Of a stretch of DNA of 35,010 bases, positions 8,502 through 18,307 are shown piece by piece. Both the position numbers and the translations under genes were made by a program. The stretch's first letter is position 1. The number at the start of each line of letters is the position of its first letter. The notes under the pieces are model-generated. The model was not told the origin of the DNA and did not search any database. It saw only the letters and a program-made list of their open reading frames with translations. The stretch spans positions 1 to 35,010 of the forward strand of contig JAADFO010000051.1 in NCBI GenBank assembly GCA_013152815.1. The letters run 5' to 3'. This DNA comes from Nanobdellati archaeon. GTDB lineage: Archaea > Nanobdellota > Nanobdellia > Woesearchaeales > JAADFO01.

Positions 8502-8783
8502 ATGGCTATCGATATCGAAGTCCTCGAATCAACCAAGAAGCGCCTCAGGATCAAAGTGAAAGGGACCGGCCACACGTTCTGCAACGTGCTCGTCGATGAG
8601 CTCTGGAACGATGACCATGTGGAGGTCGCTGCTTACAGCATCAAGCATCCGCTCGTCGGTGTGCCAGAACTCATCATCGAGAGCAAGGGCAAGGAGCCGA
8701 AGAAGATCCTCCAGGACGGCATCAAGAGGCTCAAGCATGCCAATGACAAGGCCAAGAAAGAGTTCGCAAAGATCCTCAAGTAA
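8502..8783 (+). CDS. rpoL: DNA-directed RNA polymerase subunit L (Rpo11)
   Basis: GHTFCNVL…AAYSIKHPL Rpb11/RpoL signature. Confidence 0.95.
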   Translation: MAIDIEVLESTKKRLRIKVKGTGHTFCNVLVDELWNDDHVEVAAYSIKHPLVGVPELIIESKGKEPKKILQDGIKRLKHANDKAKKEFAKILK

Positions 8784-9342
8784 GACCTTCTCTTCTCAGG
8801 ACGGACAGGAGCTCATCAGGATCGCAAGGGATGCCATCTCTTCTTCTTTCACCCATACGCCTCTGACGCTGGACCAGTATCTGCAGGACAGGTTCTCTGA
8901 GAGACAGGGAGGGTTCGTCACGCTCACCAAACAGGGAAACCTCAGGGGATGCATCGGATACACCGAACCCATCTTCCCGCTCCATGAGACAATCCGGCGT
9001 GCAGCCAGAGCAGCGGCCTTCGACGATACGCGTTTCCCGCCCCTGACCGAGGAGGAGTTCAAGAGCGTCAAGGTCGAGGTCTCGGTGCTTTCCGTGCCAG
9101 AGAAGGTGCAGGGCCCTCCTTCCCTGTATCCAAAACAGTTCTCCATCGGCACCCACGGACTCATCATCAAGAGAGGCATGTTCCAGGGCCTCTTACTGCC
9201 CCAGGTCTTCACCGAATACCAGGCAAGCCCAGAGCAGGCATTGGCCATGACCTGCCAGAAGGCAGGACTTCCAGAAGATGCATGGCAGCAGGAAGAGACC
9301 GAACTCTATACGTTCTCAGCCCAGATCTTTACAGAGAAGTAG
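8743..9342 (+). CDS. AMMECR1-domain protein (AmmeMemoRadiSam protein A-like)
   Basis: GFVTL…LRGCIG, AAFDDTRF, EVSVLS, GLLLPQV, CQKAGL; the nearest in-frame ATGs (8737, 8743) lie inside the rpoL 3' end. Confidence 0.88.
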   Translation: MTRPRKSSQRSSSKTFSSQDGQELIRIARDAISSSFTHTPLTLDQYLQDRFSERQGGFVTLTKQGNLRGCIGYTEPIFPLHETIRRAARAAAFDDTRFPPLTEEEFKSVKVEVSVLSVPEKVQGPPSLYPKQFSIGTHGLIIKRGMFQGLLLPQVFTEYQASPEQALAMTCQKAGLPEDAWQQEETELYTFSAQIFTEK

Positions 9343-9370
9343 GGTACTTTTTGTTTGCCCATTTCGAGCT

Positions 9371-9472
9371 TTACGAAATCTTGAATTCAACGGAGGAAGC
9401 GAACCAAAGAAGAAACAACACCAAGGAGAACAAGAATATTACCATTACGAACAAGTTTTCAATGCAGGCCAT
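9371..9472 (-). CDS. Candidate 33-aa single-TM peptide (MACIENLFVMVIFLFSLVLFLLWFASSVEFKIS)
   Basis: ATG with GGTG SD, one clean hydrophobic helix, downstream of and co-oriented with the 10344 gene. Confidence 0.4.
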   Translation of the reverse strand: MACIENLFVMVIFLFSLVLFLLWFASSVEFKIS

Positions 9473-9537
9473 GAAATAACACCATCAAACCCATGTCGGA
9501 GTATTGAACACTTCAGATAAGAAAAAAAGTTGCGCCC

Positions 9538-10344
9538 TTACAGACGCAGAATAACAGAGTACGCTTTTTTCAGAAGCCCGTAGATGTCGTGGAGAAGGAG
9601 ATTGTTCTTCTCAAGGAGACGGTTGTTCTGCTCCAGCAACTTCTGCAGATCGTCCCATCTTGGCTTCGGAGGGATGGGCTTAGGAGGCACAGGGACCGGT
9701 CTTGGTGCATCCCTGATGACCACCCTGAAATAGCCAACCTTGTCCTCAGCAGGATCGACCCTTTTGATGTCTGTCCCCTGCCTCGCTTCAATCGCAGGGA
9801 CAGGATGATAGCGTACATCAGCCCACTTGAACGTCAATGCAAAATTGCCATAGGTCAAGGTATTGCCGTTCTTTACGGTTACGGTCTCAAAGCTACCGCA
9901 TCTGCTCCTTCTGTCTGATGCAGTCTCTTCATCAAGGATCCTGCCACAACGTGTGTTCTTACCCGCATGCATGATCCGCAGGGTGGCCTTCCAGGAAAGA
10001 GGAGGGACAGGCACGCCAATGATGCCCGCTTCATGCTCACCAATGCCTTCAGCCACATATCCCCTATCCGAGGACAAGGATATCAAGGATATGACCTTGA
10101 CCATCAAGACCTCATCGCTGCTCGTGAACTTCCGATAGTCGCCTTCTCTCATCTCAAAGTCATAGCTTTTGTAAGTGTAGCCCTGTGCCGGTTCCTGGAC
10201 CGCTATACTGACCACAGAAGGCAGGATGCCTGCTGCAGTGCCCCCTGCATGGTTCTCCCCAACAACTGCCTGGCCTGCAAAGACTCCCCCGACCAATAAC
10301 ACTCCGATGAACAAACTCATCACTGTCATTACAGCTTTTCTCAT
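9538..10344 (-). CDS. Secreted hypothetical protein with Pro-rich linker and C-terminal coiled coil
   Basis: Start MRKAVMTVMSLFIGVLLVGGVFA (signal peptide) behind GGAGG SD; the longer track ORF overlaps the opposite-strand gene. Confidence 0.75.
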   Translation of the reverse strand: MRKAVMTVMSLFIGVLLVGGVFAGQAVVGENHAGGTAAGILPSVVSIAVQEPAQGYTYKSYDFEMREGDYRKFTSSDEVLMVKVISLISLSSDRGYVAEGIGEHEAGIIGVPVPPLSWKATLRIMHAGKNTRCGRILDEETASDRRSRCGSFETVTVKNGNTLTYGNFALTFKWADVRYHPVPAIEARQGTDIKRVDPAEDKVGYFRVVIRDAPRPVPVPPKPIPPKPRWDDLQKLLEQNNRLLEKNNLLLHDIYGLLKKAYSVILRL

Positions 10345-10467
10345 TGGGGTTTCCTCCGTCCCTTTCGGAACAGATCGCATAAAGCCAATGCCCTTCTTTA
10401 AAGCAGCGAAGACTGCAAACGAGATTGAAGCAAACCCTTTTAAAGCCTGCACCACCCTGGAAAAAGC

Positions 10468-11181
10468 ATGGAACAAGGCAGAGAGGAGACATACCCGACA
10501 GATGCGCACCAGGAGATGGCCGATGCTGAGGGAAAGCTGGAGGATGCTCCGCAGAAGGTCAGGACGCTCCGCCGTTTCTATCAGGGGATAGCTGTCCTGC
10601 TTGTCCTGCTCATGATCTTTTGGATCATCCCTGCATACACCATCAAGATCGACCCGGAACCAAGACAGATCCCCACGGTGCAGGAGGCCAGGCCAGGAAA
10701 CTTCAGCCTCAGTCCCATCAAGGTGAGCTTTCCCACGCCAGACCAGTTCTACGAGTTCGTCCATCCAGAGGACCCGGTCGTCAAGCAGACTGCCGACTAT
10801 GTCATCAGCAGGGCCTGTGAAGGCAGGGAAGGCAGGATATGCAACGCAAAGGCCCTGTTCTACTTTGTGAGAGACAAGTTCGCCTACACGAACGACCCGC
10901 TCAGCTATGAGTATGTCAAGACGCCGAGAGAAAGCCTCAGGAGCCCTGTCGGGGACTGCGACGACGCATCTGTCCTGCTTGCCAGCCTGCTCCGGGCAGA
11001 GGGCATAGACACGAGATTCGTCTTCATACCGGGCCATGTCTATGTCAAGGCATACCTCCCGGATGCGAGAAGGAAGTACCACGACGGCGACTTCTGGGTC
11101 GCTCTGGATGCGACCTGCGAATACTGCGGCTTCGGCGAGATACCCTACAAGAACCAGGATGCCAAGAAAAAGCTGATCTAG
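10468..11181 (+). CDS. Membrane-anchored transglutaminase-like (Cys-His-Asp) protein
   Basis: GDCDDASVLLASLL, GHVYV, WVALDAT; N-terminal TM helix. Confidence 0.9.
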   Translation: MEQGREETYPTDAHQEMADAEGKLEDAPQKVRTLRRFYQGIAVLLVLLMIFWIIPAYTIKIDPEPRQIPTVQEARPGNFSLSPIKVSFPTPDQFYEFVHPEDPVVKQTADYVISRACEGREGRICNAKALFYFVRDKFAYTNDPLSYEYVKTPRESLRSPVGDCDDASVLLASLLRAEGIDTRFVFIPGHVYVKAYLPDARRKYHDGDFWVALDATCEYCGFGEIPYKNQDAKKKLI

Positions 11182-11280
11182 CCCTATTCTGCCGCAGGCA
11201 TCATGCGTAGCTGAAATCCCCCTTCTGCCAGAAAGACCATCGTCTAAAGCTTTTTATGTGCAACTCCATTCACCTTTCCC

Positions 11281-12192
11281 ATGGACAGGAAGGGCTTTCT
11301 CAGGACAAGCATGATGATAGGAGGCCTGCTGCTGCTCAGCCCACAGGAAACCGTCCCCTTGACAGCTTCAAAGACCTCCCAGCAGGGACAGGAATACCTC
11401 TTCAACCCGCTGGAGCTCAGACGGTTCAAGAACCCGGAGGAGATGAAAGCGTATGTCGGGGGGCTGCTTCAGGACAGCAACCATGCAAAGGGCAGGAAAG
11501 GCCAGAAGCTCTCATCTCCTGAAGCCCTCGCCACGCTTGAACATCTGCTCGACAGACACCTCCGACAGGATGAAGAACAACAGCCGGGCATCACCCAGCT
11601 CCCGGAAATCTACCGGCTCCTCTACATCAGCAATGACAGCCTGCCCGATAAACAGCTCATAGGCCCTGTCCTCGGACTGGCAGAGCACATCTTCAGGGAG
11701 TATATCTCCAGGGACCTGGACCAGATCTCTGCTGCAGGGGAAGGAGACATCTCCTTCATGGCATTCCCGCTAAGGGATGCGGACGACCAGAGGAATGGGG
11801 CAGCAGAGCAGGTGATCATCTCCAGCACCAAACAATACCAGTTCCTCGGCGGCAACCTCTACATAGCCCTGCTGCACATCATAGGAGAAGGGTCGCCGAG
11901 CCAGGCGTATGTCAAGAACCTGGACACCGGTGAGGAACTGCTCGTCCATTTCCCACCTGCATGTTTCCGCACCGGACAGGCATACAAGCACCCTGAAACA
12001 GGCCAGAACGACAGGACCAGAGGAAAGGTCCTCATGGCGATCTCGACCCTGCCCAAGACATGGAACACGACCTACCAGGAAAGCCTCAACAGCCAGATCG
12101 ACGAACTTGCAAAGAAGCATCTGCTCATCTATGTCATCAAGGACAGACCGCTGAGAAGGAACCAGCAGACCAGATATGAGCGGCGGACCTGA
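11281..12192 (+). CDS. Hypothetical exported protein with Tat-like N-terminus
   Basis: MDRKGFL followed by a hydrophobic stretch; TATA-like CTTTTTAT upstream. Confidence 0.7.
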   Translation: MDRKGFLRTSMMIGGLLLLSPQETVPLTASKTSQQGQEYLFNPLELRRFKNPEEMKAYVGGLLQDSNHAKGRKGQKLSSPEALATLEHLLDRHLRQDEEQQPGITQLPEIYRLLYISNDSLPDKQLIGPVLGLAEHIFREYISRDLDQISAAGEGDISFMAFPLRDADDQRNGAAEQVIISSTKQYQFLGGNLYIALLHIIGEGSPSQAYVKNLDTGEELLVHFPPACFRTGQAYKHPETGQNDRTRGKVLMAISTLPKTWNTTYQESLNSQIDELAKKHLLIYVIKDRPLRRNQQTRYERRT

Positions 12193-12307
12193 TCCATGCA
12201 TACCGCAACCTTTATAAAGGGCTTCCAGTTCCTGCCATCCTATTCATCAATCCAACCCACAGATAGATTCATCCCGCAGACTACTTCCAAAGTAGGAGGG
12301 TACCATC

Positions 12308-12958
12308 ATGGACAAGAAACAGGCACATGCTGCCCTGAAGAAAGCAAGGGAAACATCCAAGAAGCGGAACTTCTCACAGACTTTTGAGCTCATCATCAAC
12401 CTCAAGGACATCGATTTCAAGAAGCCGGAAGGCCAGCTGGACTTCTTCGTCACCCTGCACCATGGCACCGGCAAGAACAAGAAGGTCTGCGCCCTGGTGG
12501 GAGCAGAGCTGGAGACCGAAGCAGGGAAATACTGTGACAAGGTCATCCTCCAGACAGATTTCGGAAAATATACCAAGAAGGCAGAGCTCAAGAAGATCGC
12601 CAAGGAATACGACTACTTCATCGCGCAAGCGAATATCATGGCCAAGGTGGCCACTGCCTTCGGTAAGGTGCTCGGCCCCAAGGGCAAGATGCCCAACCCC
12701 AAGGCAGGATGCGTCGTCCCGCCCAAGGCCAACCTCGAACCTCTCATCAAGGGGCTCAAGAACATGGTGCGCATCAATACCAAGGTCTCGCCCATGATCC
12801 AAGTTCCCCTGGGCAAGGAGGACATGGACGACGAGAGGATCCTCGACAACCTCATGACGGTCTACGACCAGATCGTCCATCATCTCCCGGGAGAGGAGAA
12901 CAACATCAAGACAGCCTACGTCAAGCTCACCATGGGCACGGCAATCAAGGTGGAATAG
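12308..12958 (+). CDS. rpl1: 50S ribosomal protein uL1
   Basis: KRNFSQTFELIINLK, GKVLGPKGKMPNPK, KLTMG; own promoter CAACCTTTATAAA near 12205. Confidence 0.97.
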   Translation: MDKKQAHAALKKARETSKKRNFSQTFELIINLKDIDFKKPEGQLDFFVTLHHGTGKNKKVCALVGAELETEAGKYCDKVILQTDFGKYTKKAELKKIAKEYDYFIAQANIMAKVATAFGKVLGPKGKMPNPKAGCVVPPKANLEPLIKGLKNMVRINTKVSPMIQVPLGKEDMDDERILDNLMTVYDQIVHHLPGEENNIKTAYVKLTMGTAIKVE

Positions 12959-12959
12959 G

Positions 12960-13826
12960 ATGGAAGGCTACACACCCAAGATAGGCGGAGACCGGAAGAA
13001 GACAGTCCAGCAGCTCACCAAGCTGCTCACATCATCCCCGGTGATCGCTGTCGTCAACCTGGAGAACCTGCCCACCAGACAGCTCCAGAAGATCAGAGCA
13101 AACACCCGCGACAAGATACAGCTCTTCATGACCAAGAAGCGGCTCATGAAACTGGCGTTGAAGGATGCGGACAAGGCCGTCAAGAACATCGGCCAGCTCA
13201 AGGACTATCTTCGTGGCATGCCTGCCCTGCTGTTCACCAAGGACAACCCGTTCACGCTCTTCAAGATGCTGCAGACCAACAAGTCCAACGCCCCTGCAAA
13301 GGCAGGACAGACGGCGCCCTTCGACATCTATGTGGATGAAGGGCCAACGCCCTTCCAGCCAGGACCCATCATCGGAGAGCTCGGGGCCATCGGCATCAAG
13401 ACCGCGGTCGAGAACGGCAAGATCGCCATCAAGGAAAGGTCCCTCGTGGTGAAGGAAGGCGAGGTCATCAAGCAGAACGTCGCCGAACTCCTGACCCGAT
13501 TAGGAGTTGAGCCCATGGAAGTGGGCCTGAACCTCACCGCAGCCTTCGAGAACGGGGAGATCCTCGAACGCAAGGTCCTCGACTTCGACGAGAAGGAATA
13601 CACCGACCGGCTCACCGCGTGCGCTTCCCAGAGCTTCCATCTCATGGTGAACCTTGGCATGGTCACCGAAGGAACCGTCGGGGCCATCATCGGGAAGGCG
13701 GTGCGTGACGCCAGGAACCTTGCCCTGGCAGAGGACATCATCACCAGCGACAATATCGATAGCATCATCGGCAAGGCCGTACGGACGGCCGCCATGCTTC
13801 AACAGGCTACCAGTGAGGAGGTATAA
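12960..13826 (+). CDS. rpl10: 50S ribosomal protein uL10 (archaeal P0)
   Basis: [35 protein letters not shown]. Confidence 0.96.
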   Translation: MEGYTPKIGGDRKKTVQQLTKLLTSSPVIAVVNLENLPTRQLQKIRANTRDKIQLFMTKKRLMKLALKDADKAVKNIGQLKDYLRGMPALLFTKDNPFTLFKMLQTNKSNAPAKAGQTAPFDIYVDEGPTPFQPGPIIGELGAIGIKTAVENGKIAIKERSLVVKEGEVIKQNVAELLTRLGVEPMEVGLNLTAAFENGEILERKVLDFDEKEYTDRLTACASQSFHLMVNLGMVTEGTVGAIIGKAVRDARNLALAEDIITSDNIDSIIGKAVRTAAMLQQATSEEV

Positions 13827-13830
13827 GAAA

Positions 13831-14142
13831 ATGGAATACATGTATGCTGCCATGCTCCTGCACAAGGCAGGACAGAAGATCGAAGAGACTAACGTGAAAA
13901 AGGTGCTGGAGGCTGCCGGCGTCACAGCAGACGACGCCAAGGTCAAGACGCTCGTGGCCGCGCTCGACGGCGTCAACATCGAAGAGGCCATCGAGAAAGC
14001 ATCCCAGCAGGCGGTCGCCGCCGCACCGGCTGCACCCGCAGCAGCAGGAGACGCTCCCAAAGAAGAGAAGAAAAAGGAGAAGAAAGAGGAGAAGGTGAGC
14101 GAGGAACAGGCAGCTGCAGGTCTTGGCGCGCTTTTCGGCTGA
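13831..14142 (+). CDS. rpl12: 50S ribosomal stalk protein P1 (archaeal L12)
   Basis: [11 protein letters not shown]…Ala-rich hinge…[20 protein letters not shown]. Confidence 0.97.
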   Translation: MEYMYAAMLLHKAGQKIEETNVKKVLEAAGVTADDAKVKTLVAALDGVNIEEAIEKASQQAVAAAPAAPAAAGDAPKEEKKKEKKEEKVSEEQAAAGLGALFG

Positions 14143-14155
14143 AACTCCCTGCCTC

Positions 14156-14172
14156 ATTTTTTTATCTTTTTT
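14156..14172 (+). terminator. Oligo-T terminator after rpl12
   Basis: ATTTTTTTATCTTTTTT. Confidence 0.55.
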
Positions 14173-14214
14173 CAATGAGCCCATGATGTGGAAACCCGAC
14201 AACGAACGATAACC

Positions 14215-15180
14215 ATGACTTCTGAATCGACATCGGCACTCTCTCCGGAAGAGCGAAAGACCCGCGAACAGGAAGCTGCTGCCATCAAGGATGCCATCAA
14301 AGGCATCAAGAACAGCCTGAACAGCCTCAACGACGAGAAGGAGAAGCATTTCGAGACCTACCGGAAGGTCCGTGAACAGCTCATGGCCTATCGCAAGAAG
14401 AGCAATGAGCTCAAGAAGAAACGGGACACCTTCACCAAGGAGGTCAAGGAGCTGAAGAAGAAACGGGACGAGATAAACAAGGCTCTCAAGGAGAAGGCAG
14501 ACCAGCTGAAGGCCGCCCAGACCGAACTCGATTCGGTCAAAGGAAAGCTCCATATCAAAGAGTCCCCGATGCAGCTACGGCAACAGATGGAGAGGCTGGA
14601 TGAACGCATCGAGACCGAAGCGCTTCCCTTTGACCAGGAAAAGAAGATCATGAAGCAGATCAATGCCCTGAAGGCGAAGCTCAAGGAGACCGAAAGCCTC
14701 TCCCAGGTCTTCACCTCCATCAGGACCATCGAGAAAGAGATAACCGCGCTCAAGCAGGAAGGCAAGAGCCAGCACCTCGTGGTCCAGAAGAAGGCTGCCG
14801 ACTCACAGGTATACCATGAGGAACTGATCGCACTCTACAAGACCATGGACGAGCTCAGGCCCCGGGAGAAGGAAGAGCACGAAGCGTTCATGAAACTCAA
14901 GGAGCGGTTCAGCACGGACAACAGCCGGCTGAAGGTGGAGATCGCTAAGCTCAAGGACATCCAGAAGCAGCTGGGCAACGCGTTCGAACATGAAGAGAAG
15001 GAGCGCAGGAAGAAGGAGACCCGGAAACTCAAGGACCTTGAGATGGAAGTGGAGGAGAAGATCAAGAAGCGAAAGAAGCTGACCGTCGAAGACATCCTGA
15101 TCTTCCAGAAGACGAGCGAGAAAGAGGAGCAGGACAAAGAGGAAAAGAAAGACGACAACGACAGCCAGGCAGAACAATAG
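14215..15180 (+). CDS. Archaeal long coiled-coil protein (COG1340-like)
   Basis: KRDEINK repeats, IETEALPFDQEKKIMKQI, KKKLTVEDILIFQ. Confidence 0.85.
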   Translation: MTSESTSALSPEERKTREQEAAAIKDAIKGIKNSLNSLNDEKEKHFETYRKVREQLMAYRKKSNELKKKRDTFTKEVKELKKKRDEINKALKEKADQLKAAQTELDSVKGKLHIKESPMQLRQQMERLDERIETEALPFDQEKKIMKQINALKAKLKETESLSQVFTSIRTIEKEITALKQEGKSQHLVVQKKAADSQVYHEELIALYKTMDELRPREKEEHEAFMKLKERFSTDNSRLKVEIAKLKDIQKQLGNAFEHEEKERRKKETRKLKDLEMEVEEKIKKRKKLTVEDILIFQKTSEKEEQDKEEKKDDNDSQAEQ

Positions 15181-15280
15181 ACCTTTTTCCAGAACCGACC
15201 CTTCCGGCCGACGCAGCCCGTACCCGTAGCCTGCACCATCACAAAACATATAAATGCCGCTTTTTCTAAGGACGCTGATA

Positions 15281-15329
15281 ACACAACATATAGTGTTCCA
15301 TGTCAAGATTATAACACAACATGTTGTTT
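15281..15329 (+). promoter_or_regulatory. Tandem NrdR boxes downstream of TATA box ACAAAACATATAAAT (15241-15255)
   Basis: ACACAACATATAGTGT (15281-15296) and ACACAACATGTTGTTT (15314-15329) fit the acaCwAtATaTwGtgt consensus, 33 bp apart, upstream of nrdA. Confidence 0.85.
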
Positions 15330-15400
15330 CCGATAGGAACAGGGAGGTTTTTCCCTATGTTTCATAACAGGAAAGGACATGATGCCGAAGGAGCGATAGC

Positions 15401-18270
15401 ATGAAACAGAAAGTGGTCAAGCGGAACGGAGAGGTCGTCGATTTCGACGGGACAAGGATACAGGAGGCCATCACGGCCGCATTCCGGGCCAGCGGGACCA
15501 AGAAGGACGACCAACAGCTGGAACGGCTCACCCGTCACATCACCGCAGAGATCGAGGAACGTTTCCTGGATTTCCATCCCAACGTGGAGAACATCCAGGA
15601 CCTGGTCGAGAAGCACCTCATGAAGGAGTCGCTCTTCGACGCGGCGAAATCCTACATCCTCTACAGGGCATTGCGCCAGAAGGAACGGGAGAAGAGCAGG
15701 GAAAAGGCCATCAAGAAGGCCAAGCTCGGCAAGCTGACCGTGAAGAAGAAGGACGGCAGCGTCAGCCTGTTCTCCCGGGACAAGATCGGGGCATGCATCC
15801 AACGAGCAGCAAAAGGTCATGAGGATGAAGTGGACACCCACCTCATCATCGACGAGGTCATCAAGAATGTCTATGACGGCATCACCAGCGACGACATCGG
15901 AAAGGCCCTGGTGCTCGCGACCGTCGCCTTCATCGAGAAAGATCCCGCCTACAGCACAGTGGCGGCACGGCTCTATCTCCAGCAGATCCACAGGGAAGTG
16001 CATGGCAGCTCCCTCTCAGAGGACGCCTTCGGCATGGCCTACCGGAAAGCGTTCATCGCTGGCATCGGAAAAGGCGTCGACTCAGGCATGATGGACAAGA
16101 GGATGCTCGACTTTGACCTGGAGAGGCTCTCCCGGGGCCTTGTCCCCGAAAGGGATGACCTGTTCCGATATATAGGCGTGCAGACGCTCTATGAACGCTA
16201 CCTCATGAAGATCGATGATCGACGCATCGAGCTGCCCCAGTCCTTCTGGATGCGGGTCGCTATGGGCCTGGCCCTGAACGAGGAGCAGAAGGAGGAGAAG
16301 GCCCTTGAGTTCTACCGGATGCTCTCTTCATTACGCTTCGTCTGCTCAACGCCGACATTGTTCCATGCCGGTCTCAGCCATCCCCAGCTGAGCTCCTGCT
16401 ATCTCACCACCATCAAGGACGACCTGGGCCACATCTTCAAATGCATCGGCGACAACGCGCAGCTTTCCAAATGGTCGGGAGGACTCGGCAACGACTGGAC
16501 CCCTGTGCGGGCGACCGGGTCGCGGATCAGGAGCACCGGCGTCGAATCCCAGGGTGTCATACCGTTCCTCAAGATAGCCAACGACGTCACGGTGGCCATC
16601 AACCGGAGCGGGAAACGGAGAGGGGCGACCTGCGCCTACCTTGAGACCTGGCACCTGGACATCGAGGACTTCCTTGACCTGCGGAAGAACACCGGCGACG
16701 ACCGCAGACGGACCCATGACATGAACACCGCCAACTGGATACCCGACCTGTTCATGAAACGGGTCATCGACGACGAACCGTTCACCCTGTTCTCCCCTGA
16801 AGAGGTCCCTGACCTCCATGAACTCTACGGCAGGAAGTTCGAGAGACGCTACCGGGAATATGAGGAGATGGCCAGGAACGGCAGGATCAGGAAGCACAAG
16901 GTGATATCGGCGAAGAAGCTCTGGAGGAAGATGCTCACCCGGCTCTTCGAGACAGGACACCCCTGGATGACGTTCAAGGACCCGTCCAACATCCGCTCGC
17001 CCCAGGACCATGCCGGCGTGGTGCACTGCTCCAACCTCTGCACAGAGATCACGCTCAACACCTCGGAGGAAGAGACCGCGGTCTGCAACCTGGGAAGCAT
17101 CAACCTGGCGAAGCACATCAAGGACGGCAGGCTGGACGAGGAGAAGCTCGCCGCGACCGTCAAGGCGGCCATGCGGATGCTCGACAACGTCATCGACCTC
17201 AACTTCTACCCGACCAAGGAAGCCCGCCACTCCAACCTCAGGCACCGTCCCGTCGGCCTGGGCATCATGGGACTCCAGGACGCGTTCTATCTTCAGGGCA
17301 TGGGCTTCGACAGCCCGTCGGCGCTAAGCGCCGCAGGCCATATCATGGAGTTCATCTCTTATCATGCCCTCCTGGCGTCGAGCGACCTTGCCGCGGAACG
17401 CGGGGCGTACGAATCGTTCAAGGGAAGCAAATGGGACAGAGGCCTTCTCCCCCTGGATACGGTCGCGCTTCTCGAAGAGGAGCGGGGGATGAAGGTAGAG
17501 GTGGACCGCACGACGACGCTCGACTGGGAACCGGTCAGGGAAGCCGTCCGGAAGCAGGGCATGCGCAACTCCAACTGCATGGCCATCGCACCGACGGCGA
17601 CCATCTCCACCATCGCAGGATGCTACCCCTGCATCGAGCCCATCTACAAGAACCTCTATGTCAAGTCCAACATCTCCGGCGAGTTCACCATCGTCAACGC
17701 CCATCTCATCAAGGAACTGAAGGAGCTGGGACTTTGGAACGACGGGATGCTCGAACAGCTCAAGTACTACGACGGCAGCATCCAGCTGATCGCGTCCATA
17801 CCCGACAGACTCAAGGAGAAGTACAAGGAGGTCTTCGAGATCGACCCTGAGCTGCTCATCGACATGACCGCGGTCCGGGCGAAATGGATCGACCAGAGCC
17901 AGTCCCACAACGTCTTCATGCAGGGCGTCTCAGGAAAGAAGCTGGACAGCATCTACCTCAAGGCCTGGCGTTCAGGCCTCAAGACCACCTACTACCTGCG
18001 CACCCTCGCAGCGTCGCAGATCGAGAAGTCCACCCTGGACGCCGGAAAGTTCGGCTACACCCAGAAGCGCATCTATGAGCCGGGCAAGGGCCAGGAGCAG
18101 GGACAGGAAGCGGGCACAGAGAAGCGCCCTCTGAAAAAGGCNNNNNNNNNNNNNNNNNNNNNNNNNGTGCGAAGAACGATGAGCCAGAGGACAAGGAAAG
18201 ACCAGAACCCGCGACCCAGGTGAAGAACATCTGCGCCATCATGGACCCGGACTGTGAAGCCTGCCAGTGA
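15401..18270 (+). CDS. nrdA: Class I ribonucleoside-diphosphate reductase alpha subunit with two ATP-cones; frame broken by an assembly gap
   Basis: VVKRNG and VKKKDG cones, TPTLF, SSCYL, SNLCTEI, VCNLGS, APTATIS, KTTYYLR; the C-terminus …ICAIMDPDCEACQ* lies in another frame after the N-run. Confidence 0.95.
18142..18166. other. Assembly gap (25 N)
   Basis: Run of n in the sequence. Confidence 1.
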
Positions 18271-18307
18271 CCTGTCGATGAACAAGAAGAGCAAGAGGCG
18301 AGAGACC

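Noticed and set aside
8596..8736. Long Ser/Arg-rich N-terminal extension of the AMMECR1 ORF
   Set aside because: Alternate-frame reading of rpoL, not protein-like
10345..10400. c-di-GMP-I riboswitch suggested by a GAAA-loop hairpin
   Set aside because: Only one hairpin; the conserved flanking GCAAA/GACGCAAAG and second stem are missing
10345..11082. N-terminal 246 aa of the 514-aa minus-strand track ORF
   Set aside because: Antisense shadow of the transglutaminase gene; the real start is at 10344 with SD and signal peptide
18142..18270. nrdA pseudogene or programmed frameshift
   Set aside because: The frame change coincides with an N gap of estimated length
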